The notes under the pieces were generated by a model. It was given only the letters and a program-made list of their open reading frames with translations, had not been told where the DNA came from and searched no databases. A stretch of DNA of 62,738 nt, counting the filler, from Ionaspis alba (taxonomy: Eukaryota), in NCBI GenBank assembly GCA_964255285.1. It is 8 parts of 8 records of this genome, joined end to end, with 100 filler letters (N's around TTAATTAATTAA, not from the genome) between each part and the next. Parts side by side here need not be neighbours in the genome. Positions count along the whole stretch, not along the records: positions 31,507 to 39,251 come from CAXUUL010000807.1; positions 39,352 to 47,091 come from CAXUUL010000808.1; 6 more parts are not named here. The stretch is one strand, 5' to 3'. Positions 37,345 through 47,191 of the stretch are shown piece after piece (the stretch's first letter is position 1; every line of letters begins with the position of its first letter). A program made the position numbers and the translations under genes.

Positions 37345-39240
37345 TTACAGCTTCATCCCCAGCGCCTTATGCACTCTCAAAGCCTGCCTGATACTCAAAT
37401 CCAACATAATCTCCTCCGATCCTCCCGGAATAGCATAAGCCCTCACATCCCTATAAAGCCTCTCGATCTTCCCTCCCTGTCCTCCCCTCGAATAACTCAA
37501 CCCTCCAAAAATCTGACTCGCCTCCCTGGCACAGAACTCAAACGTCGTCGTCGCTTGAGCCTTCAGCCCGGCAATGGCTCCACCCAGCTTCAACATCGCC
37601 TCCGTTTCGGCCATCATCTGGCACTGGTAGATCAGGCTCTCGAGCCAGGAATAGGATGCTTCGATCTGCCGCGCCATGTGTGCGAGCTTGAGTCGGATAA
37701 CGGGGTGGTCGATGAGGCGCTTGCCGAAGGTGCGGCGTTTGTGGGCGTATTTGAGGGATTCGCTGAGGCAAACGCGGGAGAAGCGGATGCATTGGATCAC
37801 GATGCCGATGCGCTCGTGGTTGAAGTTTGTCATGACGACTAAGAGCGTGTTAGTGAGGGAGTCGAGGGAGGGAAAGGGATTGGCATGCTTACCTCCAAAA
37901 CCTTTATTCTCCTTTCCGATCAGGTTCTCGACGGGCACTTTGACATCTTCGAAGGTCACGTAGGTGGTTCCGCTGCTCCACACTCCCTGGCAGTCCATAC
38001 GCCTCGTGCTGACACCGCCGTGCTCGCGCTCGATCAGAAGCATGCTGACGCCGCCATGGCCTTCACCACCCGTGCGCACGGCCGTGGTGAAGTAGTCGCA
38101 CCAGATACCGTTCGTGATCCACTTTTTCTCGCCATTGACAATGTAGTGCTTACCGTCCTCGGTGAGTTTAGCCTCGCAAGTCAAGTTCGCAACATCACTT
38201 CCGGCATCAGGTTCGGTGATAGCAAGACAGATACGCTTGTCACCAGCTAAGATTCCAGGCAATATCCGATCCACAAGCGACTTCTTGCCGAACTTCACAA
38301 CAGGCGGACAGCCAATGCCAAAGCCGCCGATGAGATTCCAAACGAGTCCGCCACTGCCGGCTCGCGAGATCTCGTCAGTCAAAAGCAGTTCGTGGAACAT
38401 GTCCCACTTCTCAGGAGGCACGCTCTTGACGGTGGTTTTGGTGAGGTGGGTTGGGAATTTGTGCAGACCCATCAGGCCGGGGAGATAGCCGCGCTCGCCC
38501 ATTTGCTTGTAGATTTCCTGTGGCACCATCTTGGCTTCGTCCCAGTCGCCGACGTTGGGCTCGATCTCGGCGTCCACCCAGGCGCGGACTTCGGCTCGGA
38601 GCGCTTCGTGGGTGGAGTTGTAGTAGGGAGAGTGATACTATTGAGGCAGTCAGTATGCAAGGGTGATTCGAAGCATGAGAAGATGACGTACACCTTGATA
38701 CCATGATGGATCGGAGTAGGGGAGCAGTTCGCCAAAGGGATCCATGGATTCTGCAGCTTCTTCTGCGTCTTTGCCAGGGACTGGAGCGATCGTGCCAGAC
38801 TCGGATTGTGGCTTCACAATCTCTTTCTTTTCTGCTGCTGGAGGTGGAGTTGCGGGAGGGGTCGGTGGCGCGGCTTGTTTCTTGCTGTCTAGAGATCCGA
38901 CTTGCAATTGACCTTTGAATTTCTTGAGGATGGCCTCGTTGTGGTATTTCCAGAATTGCTTCGATGCATCCTTTCCGGCGACTCTTGTGAGAACTTTGTG
39001 TCATGTTAGCTGGAGGCGTTGCGTAGCATATCATGTAGCTATTGGGAGGTCGTACTCTTTTGTCCACCTGTACACGTTCAGTAATGGTTTCTAGCAACAT
39101 TGGCACACTGAACGGATAGACTCACCTGGATGCTCGGTCTGAAACTTGGTCAAGTCATACACATCCTCATCGACAATGATCCACAAATCATCCGCCTTCT
39201 TGTGCTCCGCAACCTGGGCGATAGAGAAAGTCTTCGACAT
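37345..39240 (-). CDS. Acyl-CoA dehydrogenase with N-terminal cytochrome b5-like domain
   Basis: b5 domain: [41 protein letters not shown]. ACAD domain: CLAITEPDAGSDVA, VNGEKKWITNG, NFNHER, QIFGGLSY, YAIPGGSEEIM. Confidence 0.94.
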
Positions 39241-42200
39241 GGTAAACAGGGNNNNNNNNNNNNNNNNNNNNNNNNNNNNNNNNNNNNNNNNNNNNTTAAT
39301 TAATTAANNNNNNNNNNNNNNNNNNNNNNNNNNNNNNNNNNNNNNNNNNNNACCGAACGGAGAGGTTAGGGTCAGCCAAGTAGCCCGCTCGGCCTAGAAC
39401 CGCCCGCCCCAAGACACCAAGGATCTGCCCACCATCCACCACAGTAAATGCAACATGATCGTACTTCATCTCGGACTTGCTGGCATTAAGTGAGGAAGGG
39501 GGGTGGGGACGATCGCTACCAGGTTGAGGCAGCGCTGGAAAGTCTATGGTTTTGATTCTGAGAAATGAATAAACGGTGCATGCATGCTTTCGTCGGGTCG
39601 GATAGACTTGGGGCAGGCATTCCTGCATCTGGCATGGCAGTGACAGGACGGATATTGAAGGCTGAGAGCGCTTGTGTTTCTTTCCAGAACGAGTCTTGCA
39701 TCAGCACTTCCCCACGCTACGATCATCTTTGCTGCGGTCTGCCCGGGTTTACGATTCTGTACGAAGCGGCCCCATCCACATTGCTGACGTTCGGTTCTTC
39801 GATAAATTCGATTTTGTAGCTGCGCATTGCCGTAAGACGAATATTCCCCTCTTGCCGATCTAGTCCAGAAGGATTGCGAAGTAGGATATGCAGCTCAGCA
39901 TGTAGCTTACGAGTGATTCGCGGCGCTGCTCTGCCAAATGAACTTTACATAGCATACATGACAAAGCAGAGGACCCACTCGTCTTCGCGGCCTTTACAAA
40001 AGGGTTCTCGAGAGACTGTTGATGTCTTAGGCAGACTAGTGGATGTATGGACAAAGTTTGACTTGGGCGTGCAGCTAAAATTCCCCACGTCAAGCAGGTC
40101 TTGGAAAGTCAAGACGCGTGGAAGGCGTAAATAGTCTGAACAAGCTCGAGTAGTGGCGGTCGGCGCAATTTTGTTAATTCATTGCTTGAAACATCGTCGA
40201 GAGGACCCTCGCCATGATTGCCGAACAGCGGTGCAAGCCTTTTGGTTGCCTTGTGACCACTCACAACCGCACAACATCTTGGAAATCTCGATTTCGTCGA
40301 TCCTGAATATCCTAAAGTTGCTTATTCCAATGCTTGCGGCTCTCTAGCAATTTTGTTCCTGTGCATCTTGTCGACGCGTCAATCCAACCTATATTTTCTC
40401 CAAATTGATAGGAGGTACACAACTAGCAACTGAGAGTGTCGAGACAAGTCGGACGTTCGTGGTTCGTAGCTGTGACTACTTACCTAGGAGGCACAACCAT
40501 CAAATAACGATTTTGTTGGACAAGACGTTTATTAAAGACTTCTCCTGGACTAGACAAGTGCCATTATCCTGTGGGTCCATGGTAGAGGGAAAACCTACAC
40601 ATAAGAATGAGTGAAGCAAAATTGACACGTGAGACGTCGAAAGTTCGAAGCCCAGGCCTTCATCAAGGTATACAGAATGGTTTCATTGGGCTTTTAGAAT
40701 CCTTCCACTGGCTGAACATGCTGGACTTGTACATAATGCAATGGATCAGAAAGTGGACGCCAATAATGATAAGGAATGGTCTGGCGGCTTCGGCTGAGCA
40801 ACAAAGGGCGGTGACGCAGAAGAGAACAACAATCACAAGGGCTTGGAAAAGCGACATGTAGAAGTCCGATGAAACGAGCAACAGTAAAGAGTAGGCAACT
40901 GTATAGGTACAAAGTATGATGCAACAGTCTTCTGGGTTTCTCAACTGCAACATTGCTTTCCCTGCTGGACGCCGTCTTACATACATTTTTGTACCACCAG
41001 CAACATAGCGGTAGTAGTGGTTGGCTAAGCTTGTTTGTCGTGTCGATGGAGTCAAAGCTCAGCTTAAGGTGTTCCAAAATCCAGTGGCATATTTGCCTGA
41101 CCCCAACATATGGCCCAAGGAAGTTGACCCATCGCTGCATAGTCAGCAGTCGGAAAAGGCGCTTTGCGAGGTTGTGTTACCTGATAGGGAACGCCTGAGG
41201 CAAGGCAGATGATTATTGTTGCTCCACTCCAAGGGGAGGGANNNNNNNNNNNNNNNNNNNNNNNNNNNNNNNNNNNNNNNNNNNNNNNNNNNNNNNNNNN
41301 NNNNNNNNNNNNNNNNNNNNNNNNNNNNNNNNNNNNNNNNNAGAGTTATCCTACCGTGCAGGCGACCCGACATGCCGAGTCCTTGAATCGTGGCGCATGG
41401 CACCAAAGTTGTCTCGACTTAGTTGCCTCGTGAAGCAAGAAAAGCGCCGAAAAGTCGTTCGAACCAACCCTTGCAGCGTCGATCAACGGAATGCAGCTTT
41501 CCATGGGCGCATTTGCTACATCTTTGTCCTAGTGCCTGTGACTTGGTAGTCCCGCTGGCTTGCCTCCCCGACGAGGCACGAAGAGCTCTAGTGTAAATGG
41601 GGAAGCAGAGCATTGCACTGGCTGGCAGGGAGATCCCTAGGCTGACTTGATTCCCAGCCTTGGCTTTCCCGCATTGCGGCACAGAAGACAATCTTTGCAT
41701 CGGTCCATGGCGTTCTCTAGATCGTGTTACCACAAACTTATCCTTTGCTTGGGATGCCCTTGCACAGCACTGTTGAGGCGGGCGTTTGGGAGCCTCCCAA
41801 GGGTTGACGAATCCGCTTCGGCTCCTTCTTCATCCTCAGCATCGTCAGCGCTTCCGACATCCTTACCGACTCGTACTTAGACTATGTGCAGCCATAGAGT
41901 CCCTTGCTAAATGCGTCTAGGCATCTATGGCATTGCATCTACCGCAAAGCCGTCAAAACGATCCCACGTTTCGATCGTTCAGCCAACTCTTGTCATGCAG
42001 AAGGGTGGAACGATGGAAAAAAGGCAAATTTGTTGCACTTCACGGACCCGACTAGTCCGCTAGTTGCCCATCCGATGTGGAAAAGCAATCATGGTTCTCT
42101 CTTTTACAATTGGATTAGCCAACATCCTTTGACGTCCGCTGAGTATGAGGATTAGGATATGTAGGGTTGATCGTGCCGGTTTGTTGGGGGCGCAGATCTA

Positions 42201-43620
42201 AGGAAGATACTACTCTGGAACATAGTCTTGTCTGACTTAGAGAACCGTATTACCCAGCACCAGCATGAGCCCATGTCGATGTCGTGAACGTCGGATGGCT
42301 AAGAATGGTATTTCAACAGCCGTAGGTAGTCATTACTGGCCACCTTTTCGTGGATATTGCATGTTGGACCTCTAATTCTGACCAGGTATCTTGACCTCGG
42401 CATCCCGATAAGGAGTTGTCGTCCTGCCTTGACCGTACTAACAGCCGATCGTATTCCATGGAGGTCTTCGAAATTTGCTAAAGCATCATTTAGAGGTGCC
42501 TAACTCCCTACGCATATACGCGTATGTATATTTAACGAGGCCGATGAGGCTTGTGGGTCATCCCGGCTTCTTAGCTAATTCTCTTTAATTGATTGCCTGT
42601 GCAGATTAAGAGGCATCTTCGACAAGTTACCACATTACGGTGCCTGGAGCAATCCAGGTATCCACCAAGGATTCAAGATGTGCAACGGCAGGTCACGGTG
42701 GCAGAAGTAGTAAACTTCAAATTCGCGCAGGAAGGCATGGTTGCAAGTACAACTGCCTCTCGAAACATATTGTGCGTCGAGCCACTGTCATCCTCCAGCA
42801 CCGAGCTGTACGTCTTACAAGTACAGGTACCAAATACTGTTGCCGTGGTGCCGTGCCAATTATCGCCCGAACCAACAGATTGGAAGAAAAGCAGAAGGCC
42901 AGATGGAGACGACGAGGGATCGTGCGTCGGTCGAACAAGGTGTCAGATAGATTTTTGATTGGCGCAACTGCATATGCAGACGCCCCCCAGGGTCAGAGAC
43001 GCAGGGAAGGTAACGAGTCTTGGTCTCCTTTTGGTTGCACTCTGCCGGAGTGGTAGGGATGCCAGTAGGGGGAGGGGAACTATGAGCACCAAGCAGCAAC
43101 AGCATACCACTACTCGTACTGCACTTACGTAGAACAGGGACGTTGAGAATCCGTGGCCACTCACAGCCATACCCTCCAAATCTGCTTTGCTCATTCCCAC
43201 CCACGCCCCTGTAACCTCAAACTTCCATGCATCCCCAATTAAAGCCCTTGTCCATCCTCCGTCACCACTGTTGCCGTCACCGTGCCCCCCTTGTCCGGCT
43301 GCGAAATGGTTGACCGCTTAATCCATCCCTTCCCCAAGCCTTCGCCGAAGGAAAAGAGTGTGTGGACTTAAGCTCCAAGTCAAAGCAGTGCGCCTGTGCC
43401 GCTAATGCTGCTAACCATTTCTCCCCCAAGCCCCCGTACGGAGTAGGATAGGCTTACGAGTAGGTAGTCCACCGACGGATCCTAGACGCGGGTTGCCTTC
43501 TTCGACAATCTCGCTCCTTACATCCCTCGTGCGTGTGGTTGCGCCCTGGTTTCTACGTCTCCTTTAAACAATATTTGCCTTTGGCTCTTACCATGTTCCA
43601 TAGTCTCCCTATGCGCCAAT

Positions 43621-43643
43621 ACACACACACACACACACACACA
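43621..43643 (+). repeat. (AC)11 microsatellite
   Basis: acacacacacacacacacacaca read directly from the sequence. Confidence 0.95.
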
Positions 43644-44138
43644 TTCCCAACCCATCATCCCATCACAAGCACAAACCCTAGTTTGGATCATCCCGAGCCC
43701 GTCGTGTTCGATGTTCCAATGCGGGCTGAAACTGTGAGTGGATGCAGGCATACCAACCGCTCGTCTGACTCAATCCTTCTTTCGTTGGCATCCCTCCGAG
43801 CTCCAATCTAATGCCTAGATGAGCCATGCAGCGGGGCTGCTTCTCTTGCCGGTCTCGTTATGTCCCTTGGTGGCCATGGTTCGTGGGGCTGGTGTGATAC
43901 TTTCGTCATGTAGTCGTGTACTCTCTTATTGCTTCTGTAGCACCGTGCTTTCTCCCCCTCTTTCCTATGCTGGTATCCCATCTCCACGCAAGCCTTTTTG
44001 ATGAAGCCTCCTTCCAGGTACTCAGGAAGTGCAGGCCATAGAGCATCGCCAGTCCTTATCCTCATTCTCTTCGCTCTCTCATAGTCAAACACCCAGAGGA
44101 AAGATACCTCTTCTCACTATCATTTCATATTGAGCATC

Positions 44139-45410
44139 ATGTATCAACACACCATGGGCAATACCTCAGTCCAGCAGTCCTCTTTAGACATTGATGCCAT
44201 GCTGTTCGATGTTTCCAATCGTATGGCTAGAGCACAACTGGCACGGCAAATATCAAGCAGCTCCTCCACATTCAGGCAGAGAGTATCGAGGATCTCGAAA
44301 GCGAACAGTGCTGGTAGCAGTCCTCAAAGCATTCAGAGAAGAAAGACAACATCGTCATACAAAGCACCTCGACAACAGACCGACATGCTCCATCAGGGTG
44401 TCCAGATGCCAAGACAAGATATGGTCCACAGTTCGCACCGATACCAGTCCTCAACAAATCCTATAAGACCAGTCAGCTGGCATCCATCTGTAGCATACAA
44501 TCGTGGTATGACACGGATGTCAAATTACGAAGTCCCAGCGAGGCACTCAACAGTTTATCAGACAATGGCTGTAAATGGTCTGCCAACTCCAATGACCCAA
44601 CCAGACCTTAGTACGGAAGTACCAGTCGATCCACACTTCAGCCTTGACGGGTCATCCCCTTCGTACCAACAGCAGATTATGGCATGCAATGGCTTCGACT
44701 CAGCTGGACTAAGCTTCGATCCCAACTACCAACCTGTCAATCCATATGACTCTCATAATTCGATGCATTACCCCAGCATGGCGGTATCCGACAGTACACC
44801 CACATGTTCAGCCATGGCCTATCCGACACAAGCCTGGGCTGAATCTCTCGCCACCTTCCCTCTACATACTGCACCACCATCACCCGACTTTCTTCCAATC
44901 CAGAATCCAATGGACATATGGGATGGTTCGAGGCTGAACTCCGCACCGTCACTACCGAAGAAAGCGAGCAAGGAACTCGTTGGCATGGGTCTCTATGACC
45001 ATCCGGATCGAAACAGCTTCTCTGCGGACAGCATCTTGGACAGCTACATCGGCAGCTTTGGCACGAACCCTCACCACGACTCGCAAGGCAAGGGGTTGAA
45101 GCTCGAGGAAACGTGGGAACCGCCGGAGGAGGACAAGGATAGTGATGAGGAGGAGGAGGAGGAGGAGGAAGAGACGCAAGGGGAGGAGAGTCCCCCCGCT
45201 GTTGAGGAACAGATGTTACCGGGTAGCTTCGCCGAGGGTGAGAAGCAGCACGAGCCATTCTACCCAACCTATCCGGACTTGTCAAATCAGTCGTTCTTCT
45301 TCGATAGCGATGATACTTACTTCGATGCAATTGGATATGGACATCAAACGAACCTACAGATGGTGTCGAATATCCATGGCTTTCCTGTACCGGATCCAAG
45401 ATGGGCGTGA
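44139..45410 (+). CDS. Hypothetical, largely disordered protein (Pezizomycotina type)
   Basis: Uninterrupted ORF of 423 codons with short motif-like islands RPVSWHP, GLPTP, TAPPSPDFLPIQ, ELVGMGLYD, GKGLKLEETWEPP and an acidic tract. Confidence 0.8.
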   Translation: MYQHTMGNTSVQQSSLDIDAMLFDVSNRMARAQLARQISSSSSTFRQRVSRISKANSAGSSPQSIQRRKTTSSYKAPRQQTDMLHQGVQMPRQDMVHSSHRYQSSTNPIRPVSWHPSVAYNRGMTRMSNYEVPARHSTVYQTMAVNGLPTPMTQPDLSTEVPVDPHFSLDGSSPSYQQQIMACNGFDSAGLSFDPNYQPVNPYDSHNSMHYPSMAVSDSTPTCSAMAYPTQAWAESLATFPLHTAPPSPDFLPIQNPMDIWDGSRLNSAPSLPKKASKELVGMGLYDHPDRNSFSADSILDSYIGSFGTNPHHDSQGKGLKLEETWEPPEEDKDSDEEEEEEEEETQGEESPPAVEEQMLPGSFAEGEKQHEPFYPTYPDLSNQSFFFDSDDTYFDAIGYGHQTNLQMVSNIHGFPVPDPRWA

Positions 45411-45640
45411 TGGATGTCGTCAGACATCATTTGCCTTCTAATTATATATTGTACATAAGATTGGGTATTACAAGAGAGTTGTGTTGAGGGACAAATTGCA
45501 TCGTTGTTGACCTGGAACGGTCGGGGCGGAGCGTTGATTGTGGAATCAACACCAGCTACTGAAGGCGCGTTGGTGGATGATGATTGGTGGAAATCTACCT
45601 AAACATATGAATATATTTTGTTCCAGGACATGGTCTTCCA

Positions 45641-45758
45641 ATGCAGGGAGTGGTGGCCCGTTGGTAGACCCATTTGTTGACCTTGCGAGCGAGAAGGCGT
45701 CTTCGCTAAGGCACCCGAATAGCCACACTGGACGTGGGTTCTCTGCACCCTTTTTTTT
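45641..45758 (+). ncRNA. Candidate RNA polymerase III-transcribed structured RNA of unknown family (~110 nt)
   Basis: TATA-like TATATTTT at 45612. Terminal stem TGCAGGGAG (45642-50) with TTCTCTGCA (45739-47). A-box-like TGGCCCGTTGG (45654-64). T8 tract at 45751-58. Near-consensus B-box 17 nt downstream. Confidence 0.55.
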
Positions 45759-45766
45759 CCCCCCTT

Positions 45767-45805
45767 GGTCACCGGGTTCGAGTCTCGATGATCACGTTCT
45801 TTTTT
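45767..45805 (+). promoter_or_regulatory. TFIIIC B-box (GGTTCGAGTCT, 45775-45785) in a T-arm-like hairpin, followed by T6
   Basis: GGTCA-C-CGGG-[TTCGAGT]-CTCG-A-TGATC. Matches the GGTTCGAnTCC consensus except at the last position. Confidence 0.7.
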
Positions 45806-46430
45806 CGCCTTCTTGAATTTCGAATCCATTCGCCCTTCCTTACTTACAGCAGATGTCATAAACTGAAGGCCAGGTCTATTAATATCTACGTAACTCCAAA
45901 CACTAAGCACTTACAATTGTGATTTACACAATCAAGTCTATTGCAGATAAAGCAGCATTACCGCATTTCTCTGCCCTACCACAATGACTTGCCTCGATTG
46001 TACTCTAGAAGATTTGAATCACGGAATGAATAACCAGCACAAAGCGAGACGCAATCAAAGTGTCCTGAGATGATCTTAACACTTCGATGGTGTCAAAACA
46101 AGCCCGTATGAGACAATGCCCAGTACCATTTTCTGAAGACAACACTGCCAATGACTCTACTCTGAAAATACTGCTGTATAATATCATATCATAGCATTGC
46201 TTAGACGAAGTCCTCTCTTTTGAAGAGGCTCTGAAACAAGCTTTGTGGCTTTAGCTAGTAGGACGATCATCCGTGCACTCACACAAGGATCCCTGTAAGC
46301 ACGTGCATCTTAGCACTCGAGCCTTTCCGAATATTGATAATTTTCATCATTTCCCGTCAATCACGATCTATGATAGTTCTGACAATGTACATACCGCCCG
46401 ACAAGCTCTTTACTGCCATAGGCTATCGTC

Positions 46431-47091
46431 ATGCCCCAGTTCGAAGTGACGGCCTGGCGCCATGTATCAGACTTGGTCGGTGTGCGGGATCGATTCTACC
46501 CTGTAAAATCAAATATGCCTCTCGGTGTGCGTAGGAATGCTTGCGACCAAGTACGTGGAACATTTTGCATACAAGTGGTTGAGAGGTTCGATCTGATATA
46601 TTCAAGGTTACAGCATGGAAGGCTCGAGGTAGTGTTCCACATGCTTTGGAAGCTACGTCTTCAATAACGGAAGCCGCTCTCAATGACGATCCCACGAGCT
46701 CTTCAACACAGGCCATTAGGGCAACCTATTCCATTGCGTTTTCGCGGTACGCTTCTACCGCGTTTCACCACACATCAAATCTCACACTTTCCAGTTTTGT
46801 CACTGGGCTCACAGACGTTGAGCAAACTAAGAAACGCAAAAGGTCAATGTTCGAGGTTGGAAGAGGCATCGGTCTTCCTTCTTCATTTATTCAACTTCGT
46901 CATCAGATTACTCATGAGGATCTGCCCTCCCTGACTTTATTGCGCCGAGCTACCAAACAAGCACTCGACTGGCTCTACAACGACTATTGGAGATACCTCG
47001 AAATACCACCTGCAGATATGCCTAATCCGTGGAGTACATATTACAACGCGGCGCCTTCCGCAATGTCATCTGCAATGGCTAACCCGTGGAG
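46431..47091 (+). CDS. LAS1: Las1 HEPN endoribonuclease (pre-rRNA ITS2 processing), 3' truncated
   Basis: Spliced VTAWKARGSVPHALEATS...YSIAFSRFVTGLTD...IGLPSSFIQLRHQITHEDLPSL...ALDWLYNDYW, containing the HEPN RHxxxH motif. Confidence 0.92.
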
Positions 47092-47191
47092 NNNNNNNNN
47101 NNNNNNNNNNNNNNNNNNNNNNNNNNNNNNNNNNNTTAATTAATTAANNNNNNNNNNNNNNNNNNNNNNNNNNNNNNNNNNNNNNNNNNNN

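Noticed and set aside
45642..45747. HDV-like ribozyme (CGAA before a 3' pairing strand)
   Set aside because: Could not build the P1/P3/P1.1 nested double pseudoknot in the required order.
45650..45796. Intact tRNA gene
   Set aside because: A T-arm and A-box-like sequence exist, but there is no proper acceptor/D/anticodon geometry, and a T8 terminator lies between the boxes.
15768..45805. Linkage of Pol III subunit RPC53 with the candidate Pol III RNA
   Set aside because: Different scaffolds. Co-occurrence results from length sorting.
46295..46421. Intronic snoRNA in a putative LAS1 5' UTR intron
   Set aside because: A CTGA is present but there is no RTGATGA C box or terminal stem at a suitable distance.
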